In this document: in pieces, positions 1 through 8,242 of the stretch | How positions within the stretch are numbered: position 1 is the first letter of the stretch | Layout: each line of letters opens with the position of its first letter | Assembly (NCBI GenBank): GCA_964351645.1 | Contig: CAYGOP010000002.1 | Location: 1 to 38,276 of the forward strand | Length of the DNA stretch: 38,276 nucleotides | Reading direction: 5' to 3' | Source: an uncultured Candidatus Saccharibacteria bacterium | Lineage (GTDB): Bacteria > Patescibacteriota > Minisyncoccia > Phycocordibacterales > UBA918 | Translations under genes and position numbers: made by a program | The notes under the pieces: model-generated | The model's database searches: none | The model's input: only the letters and a program-made list of their open reading frames with translations | Told to the model about the DNA's origin: nothing

Positions 1-52
1 CTGTTACAACTAAGCCTTTTTTGAGTAGATTAAAGAAAGTATCCATAAGCGA

Positions 53-946
53 TTAAATTTGAAAATCAGGGCTAAATATAACAAATAATGTGGCTGGATC
101 GGTAACCTCAAAGAGGTGTGCGTAATCATCCAGCGCAAAAAACATGTTTTGCATGGCGTATCCAAGGCCCGATGCGTCATCCTCGTAACGTTTTAAACGT
201 AAAAGGGCAAACGCTGGGTCGTCTACGGCAACGGCCATAGCTTCAATATCTTTATGAATCGCGTGAAAAGTATTAATTAAATCAAGGTGTTCTTTCACCA
301 AAAAAGCTGGCACTGGAGTGTTTAGGGCGTCATCTCGGTTGCGTGCATAGGCTTCGGCAAGCGAGTTGAGCTCTGTAATACGACCAGTATCCCCTTCGGT
401 AAGGATACTTTGAAGAATCAAGAGTTCGCCTTCCGAGTCTGCTAAATCATTCCGCGTGATTGCCCCCGCTATAGCATTTGCATAGTTAACTATGTCTTGG
501 TCTGTCCATTGTTCCAAAATAAAAATATCAGGAGTGTCGTAAATATCATGGGCAGTAGCTTGACTGAGGACATTTACCGTATCATCGATGACTTCTTCGT
601 CACTTCTTCCAAATGGTCCATACCCACGGGCTCGGATAATATTCTCCATAAAATTAATACCCAGTTCCTCAGTGAGGGTGTCTGGGGGTGTGTATGACGT
701 GCTGGCTGTTTGATTGAGGATGATTGGCTCAGTAGTAACGAACTCGTCCCGCCAGTCTTCAATACCATTTTGGTCTTCATCTACAACAGCAATTGCTACA
801 CGAGCTTCTGGCTCGCTGGCTTTTACGCTCGCTGGTTGAGGGATTTCCTTCTCTGCCCCGATACTACTAATGGTGTACGCCGCACCAACCAGTGCAAAAC
901 CAACGACAGCAGCTCCGATGATTTTTGGATTTAGATTGCCTTGCAT
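53..946 (-). CDS. Hypothetical membrane-anchored protein with one N-terminal TM helix and a DxDxNG acidic Ca-binding-like motif
   Basis: Long ORF. Start re-called to MQGNLNPK (946) because an extended -10 (TGCTATACT) lies 9 nt upstream. Hydrophobic IIGAAVVGFALVGAAYTI and motif DEDQNGIEDW. Confidence 0.75.
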   Translation of the reverse strand: MQGNLNPKIIGAAVVGFALVGAAYTISSIGAEKEIPQPASVKASEPEARVAIAVVDEDQNGIEDWRDEFVTTEPIILNQTASTSYTPPDTLTEELGINFMENIIRARGYGPFGRSDEEVIDDTVNVLSQATAHDIYDTPDIFILEQWTDQDIVNYANAIAGAITRNDLADSEGELLILQSILTEGDTGRITELNSLAEAYARNRDDALNTPVPAFLVKEHLDLINTFHAIHKDIEAMAVAVDDPAFALLRLKRYEDDASGLGYAMQNMFFALDDYAHLFEVTDPATLFVIFSPDFQI

Positions 947-1001
947 ATTACTCAAAGTATAGCAGTAATGTTGCAAGCAAAACTTACTCTTTACACACAA
1001 G

Positions 1002-1032
1002 TGTGAATTAAGTGTGAATAGTGAGTGGAAAA
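1002..1032 (-). promoter_or_regulatory. Three degenerate DnaA-box-like 9-mers at 11-bp spacing
   Basis: Minus strand TTTTCCACT, CTATTCACA, TAATTCACA (plus-strand starts 1024, 1013, 1002), each one mismatch from TTWTNCACA. Confidence 0.45.
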
Positions 1033-1034
1033 AA

Positions 1035-1838
1035 TTAGGATAACTGAAGAAGTTTTTCAGCTAAGCCGACCCACCTCTTTGGTTGAATATCCTCTGCGCG
1101 GATATCGAGTGGTAATTCTAGTGTGGTAAAGATTTTTTCGAGTGACTCCCTTTGGTACTCCTTAGATAAGTTTCCAAGCAGTTGTTTGCGTTTTTGACCA
1201 AATCCTAAATGCAAAATAGCAAAGAAGGTCTCTCGGTCTATGGTGTCAAAGTGGTCTCGGTTGATTGTATGAATAGCCACAATAGCTGAGTCGACTTTCG
1301 GTGGTGGAGTAAAATGTCCTCGTTTGACTGTACATATATATGTAGGATGGCCGAATACTTTTATAGACAGAGAGAGTAATGATTCTTTTGGGTCACGGGC
1401 AATCCGCTCTGCTACTTCCTTTTGTACCAAAAAAACCAAATCAGATGGTTGACAGTCAGTGTCTAAGAAGCTTCGAAACAGTGAGCCGGAAATATAGTAG
1501 GGAATATTTGCAACCACCTTGTAGGCGTGATCAGCTACTCCAAAATCGGCTGGGTGTAAGGTGCGTGCATCGTGATGGTGAATCGTAAGCAGTCCAGAAG
1601 CTATTTCGTCCGGAAATGTTTCTTGAAGTGAGGAGATTGCCCGTTGGTCTGCTTCAATCGCAATCACTTTTGCACCCCGGGCGAGGATTTCCTTCGTTAA
1701 AATACCAGTCCCTGGCCCAACTTCTACTACAATATCCCCTGCTTGCAGATTGGCGGCGTCACACATTTTCTTTGGTGCGTAGTCGCTATTTAAAAAATGT
1801 TGTCCGAGCGACTTTTTGTGTGCAAATTTTTCATTCAT
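1035..1838 (-). CDS. rsmA: 16S rRNA m6,2A dimethyltransferase RsmA/KsgA
   Basis: KKSLGQHFL, VEVGPGTG (SAM motif I), VANIPY, VQKEVAERI, FTPPPKVDS. Start taken at ATG 1838. Confidence 0.97.
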   Translation of the reverse strand: MNEKFAHKKSLGQHFLNSDYAPKKMCDAANLQAGDIVVEVGPGTGILTKEILARGAKVIAIEADQRAISSLQETFPDEIASGLLTIHHHDARTLHPADFGVADHAYKVVANIPYYISGSLFRSFLDTDCQPSDLVFLVQKEVAERIARDPKESLLSLSIKVFGHPTYICTVKRGHFTPPPKVDSAIVAIHTINRDHFDTIDRETFFAILHLGFGQKRKQLLGNLSKEYQRESLEKIFTTLELPLDIRAEDIQPKRWVGLAEKLLQLS

Positions 1839-1867
1839 GTGTGTCAATCAAATATATAGGAAAAGAA

Positions 1868-1891
1868 CAAACCTGCAATTATGCAGGCTTG
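1868..1891 (-). terminator. Intrinsic terminator after pcrA
   Basis: Minus strand CAAGCCTGCA-taat-TGCAGGTTTG followed by TTCTTTT. Confidence 0.65.
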
Positions 1892-1895
1892 TGTT

Positions 1896-3863
1896 TTAGT
1901 CCAAATAAATAGTTGTTTCGTAGCCTGAACTGTTCCCTCCGCCTCCTTGTTCTGGTTCAGCCATCTCCACGTGTTCTTTGCTAATGTCATTTAAGAATGA
2001 TGAAGGCATGTTGACTCGCTGCTGTCCGAAGATGGTGCGCATGTGAGCGTAGGTGAGAAAGAGCTTCTTCTCTGCGCGAGTCAGTGCTACATAGAATAGT
2101 CTACGTTCTTCTTCTTGGTCGGTGCGACCATCATCTAGCCGTTCGTGCGGAAAGAGCCCTTCTTCAAGGCCAGTAATAAATACATATGCAAACTCCAAAC
2201 CTTTGGCAGCGTGGATGGTCATCAAACGTACAGCATTTTCTTCTTCTTTTTCTTTCAGTTCGTCTTGGTCACTTTGCAGAGCGGCAGTTTCAAGCAAGAG
2301 CTCAACCGCTTCGCTTGGCTCGGTATCATTAAAGCGACTAGCGAGCGATACGAGTTCGCGGAGGTTTTCAATACGCTCTAGTGCCTCTTCAGTCCCTTCT
2401 TCTTTGAGTGAGTCTTCTAACCCACTACGCTTCATAATAAATTTAATCGTTTCAGAGAGTGGTTTTTCGACGGCTACTTTTGCCATTTCTTCCATCATGG
2501 CGTCAAACGCTTGAACCTTAGCCAGAGTGCCTTTGTTTAGGTCTGCTTTGTTACCTTCAATGACTTTGAGCATGGTTACCTTCCCAATCCCTCGTGCCGG
2601 AGTATTAATGACGCGCACGAGGTCCGCATTACTGCCAGGGTTGAGAGCGAGGCGCAGGTATGACAGAACGTCCTTCACTTCTTTCCGTTCGAAGAACTTC
2701 AATCCTAGGAGTTGGTATGGAACTTCAAAATTCAAAAAGGCTTCTTCCAGCGAGCGCGATTGGAAGTTTGTTCGGTACAGCACGGCAATTGAGGAAGGGT
2801 CGGCACCGTCTGCGATAAGCGATTGAGCTTTCAGTGCAATGTATTCCGCTTCATCATAACCAGACATACCCGCGTAAAGGGTAATTTTTTCGCCGACGTG
2901 ATTGTTGGTGAAGACATTTTTATCCACTCGGTTCTGGTTTTTTTTGATGATGTCGTTGCTGGCCGCGATGATGGTCTGGGTGGAGCGATAGTTCTCTTCT
3001 AAGAGAATGGTCTTCGCTCGCGGAAAGTGCCGTTCGAATTGCAGAACATTTTTAATGTCTGCTCCGCGCCACGAATAGATATTTTGGTCGATATCCCCTA
3101 CTACACATATATTGTGTGCGTCACCAGCGAGCAATTCAGCAATGCGGAACTGCACTTTGTTTGTGTCTTGGTACTCATCAACGTGAATATATTTGTAGCG
3201 CTTAGTTAAGGTTTCGCGCACGTGCGGATGGTCCTCGAGGAGTCGCAGTGTCTTCGCCAGCAAGTCATCAAAATCAAGCGCTTGTTCGTTGGTTAAAATC
3301 GCTTCGTATTTTTCCCACACTTCGGCGGCGACTTGCTCGGGATAAGAATTGGCGGCGTCTTTAAAATCAAGGAGGGTCATTGCGTCGCCCTTGGCGCGCG
3401 AAATAATCGACAACATCTTGCGGGGTTCAAACTCTTTGGGGTTGTAGTTGGCTTTTTCAATTGCTTGTTTTACTGCCTTTTGACTGTCGCTTCGGTCGTA
3501 AATAACAAAGTGTCGACGTAAACCCATCGTTTCATGAAACTCTCGCAGTAAACGCACGCCAAGGGAGTGAAACGTGGTAACCACTGGCTGGCTATCAATA
3601 ACCGCCCGGTCAGAGGGGAGGTATTTTTGGGTGAGCGCAACAGCTCGCTCACGCATTTCCTTGGCAGACTTGTTGGTAAACGTTACCGCGAGAATATTGT
3701 GCGGAGCAGTGCCTTGATGAATGAGGTGAACAATGCGGTGGGTAATGACTCGGGTTTTTCCTGAACCAGCTCCGGCGAGAACCATCAGTGGTCCATCAGT
3801 ATGTAAAACGGCTTCTTTTTGGGGGTCGTTCAGACCTTCAAGGTATGGGATGTTTTCTGACAT
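1896..3863 (-). CDS. pcrA: SF1A DNA helicase PcrA/UvrD/Rep family
   Basis: LAGAGSGKT, TFTNKSA, VDEYQD, VVGDIDQNIYSWRGA, LEENYRST, MTIHAAKGLEF, EERRLFYVALTRA. Start MSENIPY lies 9 nt after TATGAT. Confidence 0.95.
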   Translation of the reverse strand: MSENIPYLEGLNDPQKEAVLHTDGPLMVLAGAGSGKTRVITHRIVHLIHQGTAPHNILAVTFTNKSAKEMRERAVALTQKYLPSDRAVIDSQPVVTTFHSLGVRLLREFHETMGLRRHFVIYDRSDSQKAVKQAIEKANYNPKEFEPRKMLSIISRAKGDAMTLLDFKDAANSYPEQVAAEVWEKYEAILTNEQALDFDDLLAKTLRLLEDHPHVRETLTKRYKYIHVDEYQDTNKVQFRIAELLAGDAHNICVVGDIDQNIYSWRGADIKNVLQFERHFPRAKTILLEENYRSTQTIIAASNDIIKKNQNRVDKNVFTNNHVGEKITLYAGMSGYDEAEYIALKAQSLIADGADPSSIAVLYRTNFQSRSLEEAFLNFEVPYQLLGLKFFERKEVKDVLSYLRLALNPGSNADLVRVINTPARGIGKVTMLKVIEGNKADLNKGTLAKVQAFDAMMEEMAKVAVEKPLSETIKFIMKRSGLEDSLKEEGTEEALERIENLRELVSLASRFNDTEPSEAVELLLETAALQSDQDELKEKEEENAVRLMTIHAAKGLEFAYVFITGLEEGLFPHERLDDGRTDQEEERRLFYVALTRAEKKLFLTYAHMRTIFGQQRVNMPSSFLNDISKEHVEMAEPEQGGGGNSSGYETTIYLD

Positions 3864-3899
3864 GTGAGTGCCATCATAACATGGTGACAATTTTCTATA

Positions 3900-4097
3900 A
3901 AAGAAGAGGCCTGCAAGCGAATATGCTTGCAGGCCTCGGCATCAATGTGAAGGAAAACGATGGTTGACCGGCATACGATTCCGGCATTCGCCGATGGCTA
4001 CTCGGGCAACATCATCGACCAACGCATGGAACCAGTCCCCTACTTCAGGTGGTTGTATTCATCCAACTTCCTTTCAAGGGACAAGGGACCAAATTTA
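3900..4097 (-). ncRNA. Candidate structured small RNA (or degenerate small ORF) between a promoter and a terminator
   Basis: Promoter at 4104-4132, terminator at 3906-3937, several stems by eye, and no ATG-initiated ORF longer than about 10 codons. Confidence 0.4.
3906..3937 (-). terminator. Intrinsic terminator with a 13-bp perfect stem
   Basis: GAGGCCTGCAAGC-N6-GCTTGCAGGCCTC followed by TTCTTTT on the minus strand. Confidence 0.85.
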
Positions 4098-4103
4098 ATT
4101 AAT

Positions 4104-4132
4104 ACTATGACACAAATTAACTAAAAAATCAA
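4104..4132 (-). promoter_or_regulatory. sigma70-type promoter
   Basis: TTGATT-17-CATAGT with an upstream TG. Confidence 0.55.
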
Positions 4133-4136
4133 TATG

Positions 4137-4168
4137 AAAGGGCCCGGTGCGTAAGCGCCGGGCCCTTT
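4137..4168. terminator. Terminator of the ABC/GNAT operon
   Basis: AAAGGGCCCGGTGC-GTAA-GCGCCGGGCCCTTT just past the GNAT stop. Confidence 0.85.
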
Positions 4169-4172
4169 GGTT

Positions 4173-4757
4173 TTAAAGAACATGTTGGTATTTTTCCCAC
4201 AGAGTTTGCCACTCTTCGCGCCAGCAAGTATAGATAACCTCACTGCGCCATTTGCCAAACCGATAGTGTTCGCCGGGAATACGAGCGGTGTAGCGGTAGC
4301 CGCACTTCTTCGCGTATTTGCGACTGCGGATGTTATACCCGATGATGGGAGAGACTACCTTGCGCATGTCGCGCCAATTGAAGGCATAGTCGAGCAGTTG
4401 CATTTTTGCATCTGTTCCGTAGCCTTTTCCTCGATAGCTTCCCAGCCCAATCAGAGAGCCAGTTTTTGCGATGCGTTTCTTCTCATCGAAGGTGATGGCC
4501 ATGTTGCCAATGAGTTCACCCGTATGAGTTCGCACCGCTACGGTTATGTTGTTTGGGTCAGGTTTACTGACCCGCTCAAACCATGAACGTTGCCCCGCTT
4601 CCGAGAGTGGCCAATCAACGATGATGAATTTTTGCACTTCAACGTCGTTCACCATTCTTTGAAAATGTGGCAAGTCCGATTCTTGAACGGGACACAAGAG
4701 AGTTTGCTTTCCTCTCCTCCAAACCACTCCCTCATATGATGAGTTCGATGTAGTCAT
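4173..4757 (-). CDS. GNAT N-acetyltransferase, RimJ/RimL family
   Basis: YRGKGYGTDA acetyl-CoA motif, LLDYAF, NIRSRKYAKKCGY. SD AAGGAG. Confidence 0.88.
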   Translation of the reverse strand: MTTSNSSYEGVVWRRGKQTLLCPVQESDLPHFQRMVNDVEVQKFIIVDWPLSEAGQRSWFERVSKPDPNNITVAVRTHTGELIGNMAITFDEKKRIAKTGSLIGLGSYRGKGYGTDAKMQLLDYAFNWRDMRKVVSPIIGYNIRSRKYAKKCGYRYTARIPGEHYRFGKWRSEVIYTCWREEWQTLWEKYQHVL

Positions 4758-4784
4758 CTTCTTCTCCTTTTTTGTAGGGTGTTG

Positions 4785-5555
4785 TTACGGACGAAATCCT
4801 TGTAGTTCTGCTAGTCGTCGATACGTTGGCGATAGCTCGTAGGCTTCTTGAGGTGAATTACAAATCATTTCAATTTGTGGTTCACCTGGTTCGCACTCAG
4901 TGGCTTTCTTCAGCACAATGATGCGGTCGCAATTTCGCTGAGTCGACAGTCGGTGAGCAATCACCATAGCTGACTTCCCTTGCGAGAGTGCCGTGTCGAT
5001 ACCTTGTTGCACCATCATCTCGGTTTCTGCATCGAGCGAAGCAGTTGCTTCATCGACAATCAGAAATTCAGGATTTTTGATAAGGGCCCGGGCGATACAG
5101 ATGAGTTGTTGCTGTCCACCGGACAACTGCAACCCTTGCTTCCCGACCAATGTATCAAGACCGTGACCATTGAAGCGTTGACGTAAGGCTGGGGTAAGCG
5201 CATCTAGAATATTCCAGATGGACTCATCTCCAACCTTAGTCATATCCTCAGCGTGAGTAGCAAAGAGAATATTTTCCCTTGCGTCGCCACTAATCATGTC
5301 TGAGCGTTGTAGGATTGCGCCAATGTGACGCAAGACAGTGTTTTTCTGATAAGCAGAAAAAGGAATACCGTCGATACACACTTCCCCAGAGTCTGGGTCC
5401 ATGGCTCGAAACAAAAGTCGAGCCAGGGTGCTTTTTCCTGAACCACTGCGACCGACTAGGCCAACCGAGGTTCCTTCTTCAATCGTAAACGAAACATCGC
5501 GCAGGATGTCACTGTCGCCATAGCGAACACTGACATTTTTGTATTCAACCAACAT
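4785..5555 (-). CDS. ABC exporter ATP-binding domain (MsbA/ABCB type), stand-alone
   Basis: GRSGSGKST, LSGGQQQ, LIVDEATASLD, IAHRLST. TAATG overlap with the upstream gene and SD AAGGA. Confidence 0.92.
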   Translation of the reverse strand: MLVEYKNVSVRYGDSDILRDVSFTIEEGTSVGLVGRSGSGKSTLARLLFRAMDPDSGEVCIDGIPFSAYQKNTVLRHIGAILQRSDMISGDARENILFATHAEDMTKVGDESIWNILDALTPALRQRFNGHGLDTLVGKQGLQLSGGQQQLICIARALIKNPEFLIVDEATASLDAETEMMVQQGIDTALSQGKSAMVIAHRLSTQRNCDRIIVLKKATECEPGEPQIEMICNSPQEAYELSPTYRRLAELQGFRP

Positions 5556-6601
5556 TAGGTTTTCCTTTCGTAGATGATGCCTGTTTCAAAGTTGAACGCA
5601 GGCGGTTTACTGAGCGCTTCACGCGCTGCTTTGATGCGAGACACTTGGCTAGTGAGGTGACGCATGAGATGACCGATAAAGCCATATTCACGCGAGACCA
5701 TAAATACCCAACTGGTAACCGCGGTCAGTTCGCCGATAGTCATGGAGGCATACGCGATGCCATACATAACTACGAGAATCGGTGCAATAGCATTTATGAG
5801 CCGGCGGAACACATCAAATTGTTGGAACCAGTAGGCCCAAATTTTGAGGTCTTCTTCCAGTGGCACTTTCAGCTCCTCACCAATTTCGTCTTCGACACGC
5901 TTCTCTACCCCAGCTGCTTTTACTGAAGCAACGAGATTGAGTTTTTCTACCAGTCGCCGGTTTGTCCGGCGAAAGGCTTTATCAATAGGCTCCATCTTTT
6001 CATCAATTTTGGTGTTGAAGAAATAGAACCAGGTGAGGTTGAAGAGGGTAAGCAACACTAACCCAACACCAGCTTGGGTGTTAATCAAGAAGATGAAGAG
6101 TGTCGCGCTAATGATAGATGCGACAACCACTGGGGTTTCAAACAAAAGCAGGTACAGAATATTTTGCGCCCGGTCTTTGGTTGATTCAATTTGCTCAGCC
6201 CCAATTTCACTGTTCTCCCCCAGCACTTCGTCGTAGGTTCTTTCAAACAGTTTTCGGACGAGGGTGAGATTGATAGTGAAGTAGTTTCGGTTCCAGGTGC
6301 GCTCACGATAATGATCGTGTAACGTGCCAAATACAGCGGCACCGATAGATACTCCAGCGGTATACCATACATAGTGTAGAGCCAGTACTGAATTTCCTTC
6401 AGCATAAGCGTCGAACACAAATTGCAAGGTAAACGGAATTGCTGTCAGACAGCCAACTGAGAGCATGAGAAACGATAGTGCTATAGCAGCGTGTGTTCGG
6501 GCGTGAGATGAAACAAGTTCCATCAGTACCCAGCGCACCCCGCGATAGGTGTCGATTGCACTGGCATTCGCTTCATGAAAGAGGCGTTTTGAGTTTTGCA
6601 T
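5555..6601 (-). CDS. ABC exporter transmembrane domain (about 6 TM), stand-alone
   Basis: Hydrophobic helices, EKLNLVASVKAAGVE coupling-helix-like segment, MTIGELTA. Start MQNSKR (6601) with SD GGAG. Confidence 0.85.
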   Translation of the reverse strand: MQNSKRLFHEANASAIDTYRGVRWVLMELVSSHARTHAAIALSFLMLSVGCLTAIPFTLQFVFDAYAEGNSVLALHYVWYTAGVSIGAAVFGTLHDHYRERTWNRNYFTINLTLVRKLFERTYDEVLGENSEIGAEQIESTKDRAQNILYLLLFETPVVVASIISATLFIFLINTQAGVGLVLLTLFNLTWFYFFNTKIDEKMEPIDKAFRRTNRRLVEKLNLVASVKAAGVEKRVEDEIGEELKVPLEEDLKIWAYWFQQFDVFRRLINAIAPILVVMYGIAYASMTIGELTAVTSWVFMVSREYGFIGHLMRHLTSQVSRIKAAREALSKPPAFNFETGIIYERKT

Positions 6602-6656
6602 GGATTTTCTCCGTAGTTGTAAAAGAGCAGACACGTCCACGATAGTGTGGCTGTCA

Positions 6657-6690
6657 AAAGAACAAAACATCTTGTCAGAGAGACAAGATG
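6657..6690 (-). terminator. Terminator/attenuator between the leader and the ABC operon
   Basis: CATCTTGTC-TCTCT-GACAAGATG followed by TTTTGTTCTTTT on the minus strand. Confidence 0.75.
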
Positions 6691-6725
6691 CTAAGACGAC
6701 ACAACGTAAGATTTCTTACTAGGAG

Positions 6726-6869
6726 TTATGTATTCATACCATATTGCCTTTCACTTGAAGACGCGACATAAGAACCAACCATAGCTGGGTTCAAAGCGAT
6801 AGTGTGCGTAGCAAATAGTTGCTCGCAAATAGTCGCACGTGACTTCAAAATGTATGCAATAGGTCGCAT
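6726..6869 (-). CDS. Putative 47-aa leaderless leader peptide (uORF) within a structured leader
   Basis: ATG 6 nt after the -10 TACAGT. Translates to MRPIAYILKSRATICEQLFATHTIALNPAMVGSYVASSSERQYGMNT*. Too short for the ORF track. Confidence 0.45.
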   Translation of the reverse strand: MRPIAYILKSRATICEQLFATHTIALNPAMVGSYVASSSERQYGMNT

Positions 6870-6875
6870 AAAATA

Positions 6876-6903
6876 ACTGTACCAGTTTAAATTAAAGTGT
6901 CAA
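6876..6903 (-). promoter_or_regulatory. sigma70 promoter of the leader-ABC-GNAT operon
   Basis: TTGACA-16-TACAGT with an extended -10 TG. Confidence 0.7.
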
Positions 6904-7187
6904 TAGCATTTCTGGGCTTATTTGTAAGCCTAAAATCGTGACTTTTATAGTCTGCGAAAAAAGTGTATTTCGTCAATTGTGTTGTGGGGGTGCTCTAGTA
7001 GAATACTCTGCGTACCCAAGTTGGGACGTTTGGAGAGGTACACTTTCCTATTTATACTGAAATTTCCTGTAAACGATTGAAAGGCGGCGCGACTTAAAAA
7101 CAACTTATAAAACCTTACATTCAAGATACTGATGAATCGACTGGGATAGCTAGTCATCAGTTACATACAAAGCAACACTCATCTAAG

Positions 7188-8195
7188 ATGAAATGGCTCT
7201 TCAGCGAAGTAGCCTTCATTACGTGTGTGGTTGTTATACCGTTATCGGCACATGCTGGTTTCTTTTCAATATTATTCCCTTCAGCAGAAGCGGTAGTGCA
7301 ACCTGAAGTGATTATCCAGCAAACATCAGCTGTTGATACTCCCCTTTTGTCTGCGATGCAAAATCCAAATCCAAAAGCTGCTCGTGGTGGTGCAGATATT
7401 GTCGTGGAAGATGACGCACTTGTTTCTTCAGGTCCGGTTGGAGAGGATGTGATTGCAGAACAAAAGACATTTACTGGAGAGATTCGTGTCTATACCGTTC
7501 GAGAAGGAGACTCACTATCTCAAGTCGCAGAAATGTTCGATGTAACCACAAATACAATAATGTGGGCAAATGACTTGAACCGAGCAACAGAAATCCAACC
7601 AGGTGACTCATTAGTTATTTTGCCGGTTGCTGGAGTACGGCATATTGTGAAAAAGGGTGATACTTTGAGCACTATTGCGAAAAAATACGATGGTGATGAA
7701 GATGAGATTTTGGAATACAATCAATTTGCAACAGCTGACGCATTGGTAGTCGGTGACACTATTATTGTCCCGGGTGGCGCCATACAAGCTCCGGTACGCT
7801 CTGGTGCTGGCGCACAACCAGTGAGTGTGTCAGGTGCGGTGGCTGCTTCTTCAGCTGGTTTCTCTCACCCTGCTCCTGGTTCTGTAAAGTCGCAAGGTAT
7901 CCATGGATACAACGCGGTCGACTTAGCAGGAGGTTATGGTTCATCAATCCGAGCTGCCGCAGCCGGAGAAGTGATTGTCTCTAAAGCCTCTGGCTGGAAT
8001 GGTGGATATGGTCAGTACATCGTGATTCGACATCCAAATGGAACTCAGACTCTCTATGCTCACCTCTCATCAAATGCTGTCGGAGTTGGTGCGTACGTCT
8101 CACAAGGTGCCGTGATTGGAGGTATGGGAAGCACTGGAAAATCTACCGGTACTCACCTGCACTTCGAGGTCCGTGGCGCTCGGAACCCATTTTAA
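7188..8195 (+). CDS. Secreted LysM(x2)-M23 peptidoglycan endopeptidase
   Basis: Signal peptide ending SAHA, two LysM repeats (YTVREGDSLSQVA, HIVKKGDTLSTIA), M23 motifs HGYNAVD, LYAHL, STGTHLHFEV. Confidence 0.93.
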   Translation: MKWLFSEVAFITCVVVIPLSAHAGFFSILFPSAEAVVQPEVIIQQTSAVDTPLLSAMQNPNPKAARGGADIVVEDDALVSSGPVGEDVIAEQKTFTGEIRVYTVREGDSLSQVAEMFDVTTNTIMWANDLNRATEIQPGDSLVILPVAGVRHIVKKGDTLSTIAKKYDGDEDEILEYNQFATADALVVGDTIIVPGGAIQAPVRSGAGAQPVSVSGAVAASSAGFSHPAPGSVKSQGIHGYNAVDLAGGYGSSIRAAAAGEVIVSKASGWNGGYGQYIVIRHPNGTQTLYAHLSSNAVGVGAYVSQGAVIGGMGSTGKSTGTHLHFEVRGARNPF

Positions 8196-8207
8196 TAGGT
8201 TGGTATA

Positions 8208-8241
8208 AAAACTGCCGGAGAGCTAGCTCTCCGGCAGTTTT
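8208..8241. terminator. Bidirectional terminator
   Basis: AAAACTGCCGGAG-N8-CTCCGGCAGTTTT between convergent genes. Confidence 0.9.
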
Positions 8242-8242
8242 G

